This document shows, piece after piece, positions 13,072 to 25,699 of a DNA stretch of 64,000 bases. The notes below the pieces were generated by a model that ran no database searches, was not told where the DNA came from, and saw only the letters and a program-made list of their open reading frames with translations. Positions within the stretch are counted from its first letter, which is position 1. Each line of letters starts with the position of its first letter. This DNA is from Chiloscyllium plagiosum (taxonomy: Eukaryota), in contig NC_057754.1 of assembly GCF_004010195.1 (NCBI RefSeq), positions 11,811,609 to 11,875,608 of the forward strand, read 5' to 3'. The translations under genes and the position numbers were made by a program.

Positions 13072-13571
13072 NNNNNNNNNNNNNNNNNNNNNNNNNNNNN
13101 NNNNNNNNNNNNNNNNNNNNNNNNNNNNNNNNNNNNNNNNNNNNNNNNNNNNNNNNNNNNNNNNNNNNNNNNNNNNNNNNNNNNNNNNNNNNNNNNNNNN
13201 NNNNNNNNNNNNNNNNNNNNNNNNNNNNNNNNNNNNNNNNNNNNNNNNNNNNNNNNNNNNNNNNNNNNNNNNNNNNNNNNNNNNNNNNNNNNNNNNNNNN
13301 NNNNNNNNNNNNNNNNNNNNNNNNNNNNNNNNNNNNNNNNNNNNNNNNNNNNNNNNNNNNNNNNNNNNNNNNNNNNNNNNNNNNNNNNNNNNNNNNNNNN
13401 NNNNNNNNNNNNNNNNNNNNNNNNNNNNNNNNNNNNNNNNNNNNNNNNNNNNNNNNNNNNNNNNNNNNNNNNNNNNNNNNNNNNNNNNNNNNNNNNNNNN
13501 NNNNNNNNNNNNNNNNNNNNNNNNNNNNNNNNNNNNNNNNNNNNNNNNNNNNNNNNNNNNNNNNNNNNNNN
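13072..13571. other. Assembly gap (500 N)
   Basis: Run of N. ORFs spanning it are artefacts. Confidence 1.
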
Positions 13572-14273
13572 ACCAGGAGCAGTTACCCTCCCAGCATGTA
13601 GGACTGTGTACACCATCCCAGTGCATTACTCAGTAACACTGAGATCACTGCCCAGTGTGGGGAAAATTGCAGCCCATGCTGGAAGTGTCAGGATGTGCAG
13701 CTCCCATACACTTACAGCTCCATATCTCCATTGTACCATGACAAGGGGGGTGCTGTGGCTGTGAACATCACTGCCAGTTAGAGATGGCGGGGGAATCAGT
13801 TTAAATATCACCACATGGGAGGGGTTTGGGAAGCAGACAGAGAGGGGGAGACTGAGAGACAGTGTCATGGAAGGATGTGTTCCCAGGTTTCAGAATGCTG
13901 AAATGTAGACAGTTGGATAGAATCGTGTAACATGAGCCAGTCTTCCCAAGAAAGATGGGAAAAAGGGATATTGGTGTGAGGTCAGATGAACATTTGTTCT
14001 GCATCTTTGTAACTGGAATTGGTTTCAACAGAACCTATGACTCATTAGGCAGATTCTAACAATAATTTATTTTTGTGTGATTTTCCTTGAGTGTGACAGA
14101 GGGATTATCTGCACGAGGCCGAGCTAATTTCCTGGTGCTATCTTATCGAACTCCCCTCATTAACTACCCACCCCACACCATGGTGTCCCTCTCATTCAAT
14201 ACCAGCCCGATGTTCCGACCCATCATGGCTGGAGGTACTCACCATCGCCCGGGTGCCCCTGGATATTCTGACC

Positions 14274-14440
14274 ATGGCAGATAGGGGGCAAATGCACCAT
14301 GGTTTGTCGACAGGAGCACGGAGGTCCTGGTGGATGGGCTAGTGCAGAGGGGGTCCATTTTCTTCGCAGAGGGGGCCACACCACCAGACCCACCGAGCAT
14401 GGTCTGAGCTCCCCACCCAGCTCAGTGTACTATCTTCGGT
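14274..14440 (+). pseudogene. Myb/SANT-like DNA-binding domain remnant, probably from a PIF/Harbinger transposon
   Basis: Across frameshifts it reads MADRG / APWFVDRSTEVLVDGLVQRGSIFF / GPHHQTHRAWSELPTQLS. This resembles the AP.F...LEVLVD.V...R..LF...AW.E pattern. Confidence 0.45.
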
Positions 14441-14630
14441 CTGAAGAAAAGTCCAGCAATACAGGACAAGCATCAATAACCTTCTCCGCTCTATCAGGAT
14501 AAGGGTCACCGTATTTTCTCTGCTCCCTCACATTCACTGTATATCTGTTATAGCACCGACCCCCGAACAAGGCTTATGCTCCACCAATCTCACTACTGCA
14601 TGCAACACCTTCCCCTTCACTACCATACCT

Positions 14631-14935
14631 CTGTGATGCTGGAACAATCTCAACGTTTGTAGATGGCACCAATCTTGGACGAATTGTGAAGTCCATGGAG
14701 CACAGTGTGGAACTCGAACAGGACAATCACGCGTTGGTGTAGTTTTCGGGCAGATGGGGATCAATGCAGAGCAGTGTGAGGTGATTCACTTTGGTAGGAG
14801 GGACATTGAAAGACAATATAAAGTAGGCTGGACCATTATAAAGGGAGTGCAGGAACAGATTTTTCTGGTTGTATATGAGCACAGATTATTGAAGATGTCA
14901 GGACAAGTGGGGAGAACAGTAAATATCACAGAATA
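14631..14935 (+). mobile_element. CR1 LINE RT fragment
   Basis: GTISTFVDGTNLG (degenerate SKFADDTKLG) and QMGINAEQCEVIHFGR...VQEQ. Confidence 0.8.
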
Positions 14936-15784
14936 GTTTCTGTATCTGAGTGGTTTACAGGAGAAGGTTTAGGAGGGAGTCTCCGTGCTCCTTTCCGAGG
15001 GGGTGGTTTAGATGATGTGTTGTGAGCCCACCGAGACCGTGGGGATTCCATTTGTACCAGCTCGACACAAAAGGGAGATGGCATCAGGACCATTGCTTCT
15101 AAGTTGTGCCAGGTGGAAACGGAACTGCCAGTGGGTTTAAAGTGAGAATTGCCCTTCACTGAATATTACTCCTTACTCGGTCGGTGGGATGTGGATGTTT
15201 CAGAATCTCCACACGAGGCATCCTAAACCTCTCCGGCTCATACCGGGGTCCTCCCCACATGGCGGGGGGAGGAGGGAGGTAACGGATATCGGGCACTCCA
15301 CCTCCCGGCTTGGCCCTCTCTGTCCTATTCCAGGCTCTTTCAGCTGGAATGGGAGGGAGGAAGGGAGGGATGGAGGGTGGGAGTGGGAAGCCCTGCTGTT
15401 AATGCTGGTGTAGGAGGGGGGACATGGTGAGGGGTCCGGAGGAATTCAGTCCACAGTGTTGGATCCATGCAGTGTTATTGGTGTGGGGAGGGGTGGGTAA
15501 AGTGAAGAGAAGTGAATTCGTCCAAGATTGGTGCCATCTACAAACGTTGAGATTGTTCCAGCATCACAGTCCCCATGAAGGAACTGAAATCCTACCACAC
15601 TCACTAGTATGAGCTAGTGAAATACTGCTATGTTCCCAGGCACAGAGTCGAATAATGAAATGCTGTCAATGGAACAACAAAATTCCTGACACACACGACA
15701 CGGAGTGAATGAAATATTGACAAACCACGTAGCAAGATAAATCTGGATAGGCTCCACCTATCTTAATTGACAATAGGGTATTAA

Positions 15785-16545
15785 TGTTATGAATTTGAAA
15801 GTGTGTACTGTACCTTTAAGAGAGAGAGAATGCTGTTCTGAACTGAGAGCTTCCAAGCACCTATGGTATGAAAGGATGGCAGACCCAGAGTGTCAAGGAC
15901 AACTGAAAATATGTCACACTTGGCTGTGAAATAGATCCCTGAGTGGTTGCTCTTTGGACAACAATTCGAATTTTACTAATCAGTTTAAATTATGCCCCAG
16001 AATTCTAAAACCAAATAAGGTTTGAATTTATTGTTTTTTGAAAATAGAACCAATGAGATAATACAATGTTGTGGATATTAAAAATGCAGGCATTTTGAAA
16101 ATTGCAGACAGAGCAAATGCAATCAACACAGATCCAAGAGGTTAGGAAACACTCTCTATCAAAGGTACCTTTTCATATGGAACATATTCACAGTAAACAG
16201 AAAGAAGATGACCCAGGGAGATCGACAGCGGGAAGAAGACATCAAAAACAACAGCTGCTGTGTGGTTTTGAAATTAAGTTAATACAATTTCAATAAGCAG
16301 CTTATTGACACAATATATTGCTATAATCTGTGGGCAATTAATTAGCAGTTTAGAGAAAGGGGGTCTCAGAGTTGTGAATAGTTGGTGTAAAATGGTCACT
16401 TTCAGAGTTAAAAAAAATAAATTGATGTTTTTATTTAAACAGTGGAATTTGGGAGTTCTCTGCCATTCATATTTTATGAGGTGAATTGAACATTTCTTTA
16501 TATTTAGTTTAAGTTACGAGATGTGCTACACGAGATGTCCTAACA
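15785..16545 (+). mobile_element. Probable solo LTR
   Basis: Begins TGTTATGA and ends CCTAACA (TG...CA with short terminal inverted repeat), about 760 bp. No clean TSD seen. Confidence 0.55.
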
Positions 16546-16734
16546 ATTGCTGTGTGTGTCTCTGTGTGGGGCAGGTCTAGCAGTCTCCGTGATGTTTAAA
16601 GCGATGCAATGTCACCCTCTGCTGACCTCCACACGCCACTGCACAGTCATTGGCAGAGGGTGAAAACCAACAGGGTTTCATTCAGTGAGGGGGAGGGAGA
16701 GGGCAGCTGCTCACAGCACCATCCAAACTGATGT

Positions 16735-17510
16735 CTTATCCATGTACTGATCTAAATATCCTTTAAACGTTGTAACTGTCCCTGTTTTCACCACTTCCTC
16801 TGCAAGTTCATTCCACACACAAGCCAGATTCTGTCTAAAATAATTTCCTTTCATGACTTTTGTAAATCTTTTTCTGCACACATTAAACTACCCCCAGTCT
16901 TGAATCCCCAACTCTAGGGAAAAGACATCAGCTCTCCAGCTTATCTGAACCCCTCATGATTTTATAAACCTCTGTAAAGGTACCCCTTAATCTCATACTC
17001 TCCAGTGAAAAAAGTCCCAACCTATCCAGCCTCTCCTTATAGCTCAATCCCTCTATTCCCAGCAACATCTAGGTTAATCTCTTCTCAATGCCCTCCAGCT
17101 TAATAATGTCAATGTCAAAACTAGAGGGCATAGGCTTTAGTGAGAGGGGAACATTTAAAAATGACCTGAGGGGCAGAGTTTTCACCCAGAGAGTGGTGTG
17201 ACTGTGTAATGAGCGGGTAGGATGACAGACTGGTCCTCACCAATGTCCTGTACAACCTCAACAAGACATCCCAATTCCGATACTCAAAGGTTTGGCCATT
17301 GAAGATAAGTGTGTTAAACATCTTCTTAACGACGCTATCTATATGAGATGCAAATTTTAAAGAATTATACCTGGCAGCCTAGGTCTCTGTTATACAGCAC
17401 TGCCAAAGGCCCTACTTTTAATTGTATAGGGCCTGCTCTTTTTTGATTTACCAAATCTAATACCTCGCATTAATCTAAACTAAACTCCATCTGCCACTCC
17501 TCAGCCCAGT
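16735..17510 (-). mobile_element. CR1 LINE 3' fragments, with a short plus-strand piece at about 17120-17215
   Basis: FEYRNWDVLLRLYRTLVR in the ORF track, plus CR1 3' sequence. Confidence 0.75.
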
Positions 17511-18074
17511 GAGTGATAATACCACCTCCTCACCTACACCGTTTAATTATAAAATTCCCTTCCCATCTCCAGGAGCCCTGTACACTCCGGCCTTGATTTT
17601 CACAAAGACCCTGAGCTTGGTTTGCCTTGTGTGGTTAGGGGGAGGAGGGGGGGGGGGGGTGGAGGGGAGGCTGGAATGTGATCATCGGCCTGGTATCATT
17701 TCATACTTTTAGGCAGAGGGCCGACACACGTGAGAGTTGAGTAATACTGATCGGTGTTTTGGGGCCCGAAATTATGGTCTTTCTCCGTCTCTGGTGATCA
17801 ATAATAAATATCTATTCGAGACCCTTTATTGTGCAGAGTGTGCCTGCAGGATTTCTTTCCCTAATTGCGCAGACTACAGATAATAGCAATTAAAGACGTT
17901 CATAGTTAATTTCGATGGCATAGCACATGCACTCAACATCCTACAGTTGAGACAAATATCTTGCATTTGTTTAACAATACTAAGTGTTTTGTGTAATTCA
18001 TTAACGGTAACCTGATTATAATAAATCCACACCGAACTGAAAGCTGGCACTTAACATATAACCCAAAATCTGGG

Positions 18075-18320
18075 TATGGTAGTGTAGTGGGTAGTGTCCC
18101 TGCCTCTGAGCTAGTATTCTGGATTTGATTCTAATTCCTTAATTGGTGTGGTAGTGTTCATAGCTCTGGACTAGAAGGTCTGGTTTAAGTCTCGCCTGTT
18201 GCAGAGGTATGTCCCAGCATGTCAGAACAGGCTGATGAGCAAAAACACCTCCAGGCACAAATGTCAAGGTGTAAATCCCACAGCAGTGTCTCATGATATA
18301 TCTGAACAAACTGACTGAAA
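18075..18320 (+). mobile_element. tRNA-derived SINE remnant(s)
   Basis: A-box-like ggtagtgtagtgggtagtgtccctgcctctgagc, followed by a second head with B-box-like ggtttaagtc. Confidence 0.5.
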
Positions 18321-18444
18321 TAGATTTAGAATTGTGAATTTATGGAGAAGGAAGAGGTGACAGTATTGAATTTCAGAATGTAGGCTCAGGATGACTGAAA
18401 ACACAGCTATTCATGTTGATTGGAGTCACATTTCACAGCAGTAG

Positions 18445-18665
18445 AGGTTTATAAAATCAGAATAGGGTGACTAGTCAGGACTTTCCCCCAGGTTAGGGGC
18501 GTCCAAAGCTAGAGGGCATTGGTTGAAAGTGAGAGGGGAAAGGTTTTGGTGAGGTTTCAGGGGGACCTTTTCATGCAGAGGGTGGTGTGCGTATGGAATG
18601 AGCTGCCAGACGAAGTGATGGAGGCTGGTACAACTACAACATGTAAAAGGCATCTGGATGCTGAC
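18445..18665 (+). mobile_element. CR1 LINE 3' fragment
   Basis: LFMQRVVCVWNELPDEVMEAGTTTTCKRHLD, the CR1 ORF2 C-terminus. Confidence 0.8.
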
Positions 18666-19080
18666 AGACCTGCCGAATCTATCCAACAATTCCTGCATTT
18701 GTTCAAAAATGCATTCATTTTAACACAGCTATTTGAATACATTAAACATTTTAATTTTTTAATGACACAGGGACATATAAACCTGTCTTCAAATCGACCG
18801 AGACCATTTTGAGCTAAGGATATGGCTCTGCGTATGACAGCAGCAATGATGCACCTACATGGAGCAGGGAATGTGATGGAGACATCTGTTTGGACAAGGT
18901 ACAAGGAGATCCACTTTGGAAGAAGATGATATTATTGTGTGATTCAACTCAGAGAGGGAGAAAATGTAATCTGCCTGAGAAGGAACGGCCTATTGCACTC
19001 TCTGTCCTTCATTGTTCCTCATCATAGCAATGTGTGCGAACTAAAAAAAAATCTACAGTCATCGTTACCATTCTTGTTTT

Positions 19081-19412
19081 CATAGAATTCCTGCAGTGTG
19101 GAAACAGACCCTTTGGCCCAACACGTACATACCAACCTTCCAAAGAGTAACCTTCCAAGACCCGTTCCCCTACATTTACTCCTGACTAATTTAACTAACC
19201 TAAAAATCCCTGAACACTGTGGACAATTTAGCATGACCAATCCACCCAACCTGCACAGCATTGGACTGTGGGAGGAAACTGGAGCACCCATTAGAAGCTC
19301 ACACAGACAGGGCAGAATGTGCAAACTCCACGCAGATAGTCGCCAAGGCTGGAATCAAACCAAGTCCCTGGTGCTGTGAAGCAGCGGTGCTAACCGCTGA
19401 GCCACCGTGCGA
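19081..19412 (-). mobile_element. HE1-like tRNA-derived SINE
   Basis: Reverse complement of gcacggtggctcagcggttagcaccgctgcttcacagcaccaggga...; same family as 32293-32590. Confidence 0.85.
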
Positions 19413-19732
19413 TCCCTGCCTAGAATTCATTGGAATCTCCTCACTGCCTAATGCAAAGGGAATTCAGCCAAATCCAACTGTTCCAGGATGAAATCCCATT
19501 GCTAGGAGCTTGTGTGAGTAGAATGTATTCAGAAGCAGAATAACATTTTGGACAATATCTTAATTTTTACTTTTGTCATGAGTTACACTAATATCTGGGC
19601 AAAGTTCTTTCAACTTGAAATTGCAGATTTTTTTTTCTGTGTGTGTGTGTTCGCGCGCGCAAGCGCGTGCGTGTTTGCGTGTGTGTTTGTGCACGCGTGT
19701 TTGTGTGTGTGTGTGTGTGTCTGTGTGTGAGT

Positions 19733-20857
19733 ACAAAGAACAAAGAAAATTTACAGCCCAGCAACAGGCCCTTCAGTCCTCCAAGCCTGAGCCGATCCAA
19801 ATCTAGTGTCGAAAACTGTCGGTCAATTCCTAAGCATCTGTATCCCTCTGTTCCCCAACTACTCATGCATTTATCCAGTTGCATCTTAAATGAATCTACC
19901 ATGCCTGCCTCTACCACCTCTGCTGGCAACGCGTTCCAAATGCCCAAACCTCCGTGTGAAATACTTGCCGTGTGTATCTACCTTAAACTTTCCACCTCTC
20001 ACCTTGAAACCGTGACCTCTCGTTATTGAATCCTTCACCCTGGGAAAAAAGCTTGTCTCTATCCACCCTGTCTATACCCTTCATGATTTTGTAAAGCTCA
20101 ATCAGGTTCCCCCTCAATCTCCTTTTTCTAACCTATTCAACCTTTCTTTATAGCTAGCACCTTGCATACCAGGCAACATCATCGTAAACCTTCTTTGCAC
20201 CCTCTCCAAAGTGTCCACATCATTTTGGTAATGTGGTGATCAGAACTATACACAGTATTCTAAATACGGCCTTGTACAATGTTAACATGAATTGCCAGCT
20301 CTTATACCCATTACCCTGTCCAATGAAAACAAGCATACCATATGCCTTCTTGACCACTCTATCCACCTGTGCAGCAACCTTCTGGGTAAAATGGACCTGC
20401 ACGTCCAGATTTCTCTGCACATCACCTTTTCCCAAGGCTCTTCCGTTCATTGTATAATTCGCTCTAGAATTAGTCTTGCCTACATGCATCACCTCACCTT
20501 TGTCTGGATTAAAAACCATCTGCCACTTTTCTGCCCAACTCTCCAGTCGATCTGTATCCTCCTGTATTCTCTGACAGTCCCTTGTGCTTTCTGCTACTCC
20601 CCCAATCTTCATGTCATTTGCAAACTTGCTAATCATGCGAACAGTTCCCTCTTCCAGATCATTTATATACATTACAAACAACAGTGGCCCCAACACTGAC
20701 CCTTGTGGAACACCACGAGTCACATTTCTCCGTTTTGAGAAACTCCCTTCAACTACTACTCTCTGTCTCCTGTTTGTTAACCAGTTCTTTATCCACCTCG
20801 CTAGAACACCCTGCACACCATATGACTTCAATATCTCCATTAGTCTACCATGGGGAA
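19733..20857 (-). mobile_element. 5'-truncated CR1 LINE inserted in a (GT/GC)n microsatellite
   Basis: RT motifs GVPQGSVLGPLLF, FAND and WAEKWQM. C-terminus WNALPAEVVEAG. Short (TTCTTTG)n tail at about 19733-19748. Confidence 0.92.
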
Positions 20858-21099
20858 CGTGTGTGTGTGTGCGCGCGCCAGTGTTTTTAGAAAGGGAAAT
20901 ATCGATTCTTTATTTTCAATATCCAAACCATATGCTATTCATCTTTCCATCATACTTTGAGTTACATTGCTCTGGATCATAAACGTGCTATTTCAGCTGA
21001 TTAAATAAACTAGCTTGACTTGTTCCTAAAACTGACTCTGACCCAGTCTAAGATCGATATCATCGGCCATATCACCAATCTGGTTACATTTAACATTTG

Positions 21100-21598
21100 T
21101 TGTGAGCAGTGGAAGAGTGGGACTAGAAAAGGAAACAATGTCCCAAAAAGTCGGGGAGCGAGAGGCCGGTGAGTCCGATGTCAGTGGTGGGTGGGTTGTT
21201 GGAGGGACAGGATTTACATACATTTGGGAAGGCAAGGGCTGATCGGAGTTGTCAACGTGGCTTTCTGCATGGGAAATCATGTCTCATTAAGTTGATTGAG
21301 TTTTATGAAGAGGTGACAAAGAAGACTGATGAAGGCAGTTTGGTAGACATTGTCTACACGGACCTCAGTAAGGTGTTCACAACACTTCGATTGGTAGATA
21401 GATTAGGAAGTTTCGGTTACATGGGATACAGAGGAAGCTAGTCACAATTGGCTTGAAGGAAGAGGGGTATTTTTCAGACTGGAGGCTTGTAAGCAGCAGT
21501 TTGCTGTAAGAATCAGTTCTGAGTTCATTGCATTTCATCATTTATATCAAGGATTTGGATGTGTATATTGGGGTCATAGTTAGTAAGTTTACAGATGC
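21100..21598 (+). mobile_element. CR1 LINE RT fragments
   Basis: QRGFLHGKSCLIKLIEFYEEVTKKTDEGSLVDIVYTDLSKVF. Confidence 0.8.
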
Positions 21599-21600
21599 AA

Positions 21601-22128
21601 TGTGACTGGTCAAACTACTCACTGTGAAGCAAAACACCATTTATTTTAACACGACAGAGAAAATGAAACCAAAGAAAGAGGAATTTAGAATAAGGTAATT
21701 CTATTGGACAACGTAACAGAATAATAGATCTAGGAGCTATTACTAATGAACTGGTCCAATATAGGAAAATCCCATAAACACAGTCCCTGGCAGAAAGGAA
21801 AATTCAGACACAGAATGTCACAACCATTTCTCCAATCCAGGAATTAAAAACTGCATATAGAGAGAGTAGCAGCCAGGAGACATTCACTGAAGCTTCCAAC
21901 TCTGTTGAGACCCCAATAGTTTCTGATGTTACTGAGAAACCAAAACCCAGAGATCCTAATCTGTGAGAGCTAGCCACAGCCATTCAGGCTGCATTAAAAT
22001 TAACCCAAGGCCTCCCTAGCTGTTTACTTAAGTGGCCTCAACTAATCAGCTTGGAAATGATCATTCAATCCCTCTCTGAAAAGAAACAAGAACAGAAATA
22101 ACCTCTTAAAGCTGCAGCATCATCGTAC
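21601..22128 (-). mobile_element. LTR-like repeat remnant, related to 37312-37978
   Basis: Shares aagcaaaacac, gaggaatttagaataa, aatgaactg.tccaatata and tctccaatccagga with the 37.3-38.0 kb block. Confidence 0.55.
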
Positions 22129-22199
22129 TTGTCAGTACATCGAGCTGTCAAACAGGAACCAGGGGTAACCCAGTCAGGCCCTTAGCCCTGTCCAATCGG

Positions 22200-22545
22200 A
22201 CGAGGAAGAAGCCATTCAGTCCCGTGAGTCACTTACACAGGAACAGGAGGAGGCCATTCAGCCCCTTGAGTGACTTACAAAGGAACAGGAGGAGGCCATT
22301 CAGCCCCTTGTTTCTCTTACACAGGAACAGGATGAGGCCATTCAGCCCCGGAGTCTCTTACACAGGAACAGGAGCACGCCATTCAGCCCCTTAAGTCACT
22401 TCCACAGCCACAGGATGAGGCAATTCATCCCCTTCAGTCTCTTACACAGGAATAGGATGAGGCCATTCAGGCCCTTAAGTCACTTATGCAGGAACATGGG
22501 CGGCCATTCCCCCTCAACTCACTTACAAAGGGACAGAATGAGGTA
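22200..22545 (+). repeat. 42-bp minisatellite, about 8 units (ACACAGGAACAGGAGGAGGCCATTCAGCCCCTTGAGTCACTT-like)
   Basis: GCCATTC-type anchors at about 22211, 22253, 22295, 22337, 22378, 22420, 22462 and 22503. Confidence 0.92.
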
Positions 22546-22555
22546 ATTGATGTTG

Positions 22556-22675
22556 ATGCCTGATGAATGGCTTATGCCCAAAACATGGATTCCCCTGCTC
22601 CTGAGATGCTGCCTGACCTGCTATGCTTTTCCAGCAATCCACTCTCTACTCCGACCTCCAATATCGGCAGTCTTA
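22556..22675 (+). mobile_element. Short Penelope-type terminal repeat with a degenerate hammerhead core
   Basis: CTGATGA-atggc-ttat-gccc-AAAAC followed by the same body as 59055-59190. Confidence 0.65.
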
Positions 22676-23589
22676 AGTGTCTCCTAATTGATGCTCTAAC
22701 ATGATGAACAAGTGGAGCAGAGGCTGCACAGACAGATTGCTCCACGTTGTTCCTCCTGGCTCCATGCTTATGATACACACGTGGGACTTTAACGTGGTTT
22801 TCTAGTGTTGAGGAGGGAAGCCATATGTCTTGTGTGAAGTCTCAAGAAGGCTTCTTCCATCTCCGAGAAGACAGCCTGGTGTTCTCTACGGAGGGTGGAA
22901 ACTGGTGGGAATGGCTACCTGTTTCAGATGGAAGGTATTTGGCTGCTGTTGGGGTTTGTGAGCAACCTGATGTTCAGTATGGGTTCACACGCCGACTGCA
23001 CAATAACGAGGGGAGAGTTAATTTAGGTATATAAACTATTAGGAAAGTCACGTTAGACTCTCCACGTTCAAATAATGCTGATCTAGTTGTGTTGATCTTG
23101 TCTAGTGCACGTCCTGTACAGTATAACCTGCATGCCTTACTCTGTCCAAGTCTACTTCTACCCTATGATCTGCCTCCACTGCTCATAAAGAAAGTGTTTC
23201 CCTGTACTGAGGTACACGTGGCAATAAATCAAACCAATCAATCCTGGTTAAAGTGTGGAATTTCTCACTCTACCAATATCTCTTTTGGAAATAAGTGATC
23301 GCTGCCATTCCTCATCACCATTTCTTCATCTCACACAGCTCCACAGATTTAAGACTCAGCTTCTTTACTCTATCCTCATGTTACCATCACTCGTGTCTGT
23401 GGTAAAGAGATCATTCCTTACAAAGGAGATCAAATCTGTAGAGAGTGCCCCAAATGCTCTCACAGCAAGGCTCTACAACAGCAGGAAGATGGTTTTACTT
23501 ATGTACTCGAATCATATTACAATGAAGGACAGCCTACCATTGACTGCACCCATTACTTACACAGAGTTTGATTCAGACCGGTCAGCATA

Positions 23590-24735
23590 GACTTGTGAGT
23601 GGGTGATCATGCTTCCCAAATTTGTTAGAGTTCTTTGATGAATTGACCAAAAACGTTGATGAGGGCCGAGTGGTATACATATTCTCTATGGATTTCAGTA
23701 AGTTTGTTGATAAGGTACCACACGGCAGGCTGCACTGGAAGGTTCCATCACGTGGAATGCTGGCGGAACTGGCCAATTGGATACACAGTTGGCTTGATGG
23801 TAGGAAGCAGAGAGTTTAGTGGAAGGATGAAGGTCAGACTGGAGGATCTGTCCATTGCTGTTTGGTATCTATGGTTTGGTTGAGAATATACAAGGCATGC
23901 TTAGTAAGTTTGCAGATGACACTAAAATAAGTGGTATTGTGATCAGTGAGGAAGTTGCAGCAGGACCCTAATCAGGTGCGGAAGTGGGCCGAGAACTGGC
24001 AAATGGAATTTAATATTGTGTGAGGTCTTGCATTTTGGAAACTCAAATCAAGGTAAGAGTTTCATGGTGGATGGGAGTGTCTTTAGGGGTGCAGTGGGTA
24101 GAAGGATCCTGGCGTTCAGGTGCACGGTTCTCTGAGAGTGGAGGCACCGGTAGACAGTGCAGTGAAGAAGGCTTTTGGCACACTGGCCTTCATTAATCAG
24201 GGCATTGAGTATAGAATTTGGGAATTTATATTGCAATCACACAGGACTTTGGTAAGGCCGCACTTGGAGTATTATGTTCTGTTTTTGTCACGTTGTTTTA
24301 GGAAGGTTATTATGAAATTAGAAAGAGTGCAGAAGAAATTTACAAGGACGTTGCCAGGACCCAATGGTCTGAGTTATAGGGAGAGGTTGGACAAGCTAGG
24401 ACCTTTTCTTTAGAGCGTTGGAGACTGTGGGTGAACCTTATAGAGCTGTATAAGATCATGAAGGTATGGATAGGGTTAATGTTCTCAGTCTTTTTCCAAG
24501 GTTTGGAGAGTCGAGGACTAAAGCAGATCAGTTTAAGGTTAGAATGGAAGGAATAAAAGGGAACCTGAGGTGTCAATTCTTTACACAGAGGGATGGTACG
24601 TGGATGAGCTGCTAGAAGATGTGGTTGAAGGGGGTACATTAACAACATTTAAAAAGCATTTGGATAAATATGTGGATAGGAAAGGACTAGAAGAATATGG
24701 GTCAATTGTAGGGAAATGGGTTTAGCGTGGATTGA
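23590..24735 (+). mobile_element. CR1 LINE RT to 3' UTR, decayed
   Basis: LEFFDELTKNVDEGRV..MDFSKFVDKVPHGRL, SKFADDTK and LVRPHLEY...LERVQKKFTR. Confidence 0.9.
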
Positions 24736-25699
24736 CATTCACAAGGTGGAGTCAAACCCTTCTGTTAATTAAAACCAAGCACCCAGAAAAGCTCGTCTCA
24801 CCTCATAATCTTTTAAAATATGAGTGACACAAATCTCCTACATTCTGCTATTTAAACAAAAAATAACACGTTAGTTTCTTAACTTTAATAGTGAACACTA
24901 AACAACAACCATTCACAAATACAAGCTCCTCTTTTCTTAACTACTTACTGGCTGCCCCCAACTCTGTAAAATATGCTCTTCCAACAACCCAAATATTAAA
25001 CATTACAATCTGAAGACCACACAAAACACAAAAACTCTATCTTCCCCGCTGAGTTCACTCTTCCAGCTGCTGATCTCCCTGGACCATGCTTCTTTTACAG
25101 CAAGTAGGTTTGACATGAACATGTATCTTTGTTAGAGAGTGTTTGAGATGGCCAGTAAGGACTCCTGCTCTACAACAGTTACTTTGCTGTTGGATGGCAG
25201 TGGCTCTCCCTCCAATGTTCAAAATGCTGGCTTTATATACTCCCCATGATGCAATAATTCTCATAATTTGATTGCTTACCAGGTGTCCAAACAATAATGT
25301 TCAAATTCCTTTGGCTTCTGCTATCCTGAGCGTTGTTTAGACTCTTTGGTTGCATTTGAATTGCTGTCAAAACAGCAATCAAAACTCAGGTATCCATTTC
25401 CCAGCTAATTGTGACATGTGGAACAGCCTGACCATTAGCTAGAATCTGTGGCTGTAGTTTCTATTCAGCAAAACCCGTTCCGTCTTAAACTGACCAGACA
25501 AGCTTTCGGCTTCATAACACCTCCCTCCTTCAGAAAAGAAAACGAACCATCAGGATGAAAATATGGCATCATTCCTTTTCCTCTAATTCTTAATCCCATT
25601 ATTATGAAATACAAAAGTATTAATCTAGTTATACCATTCATATTAATTCTGCATATTAATTCTGCAACACTGGAATAAGTTAAATCTTACCTAAACGTT

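Noticed and set aside
13015..13626. Long ORFs of 180-200 aa
   Set aside because: They consist of X residues from the N gap.
18771..18898. Exon-like segment bounded by acag and gtac
   Set aside because: All three frames contain stops and I recognise no protein family.
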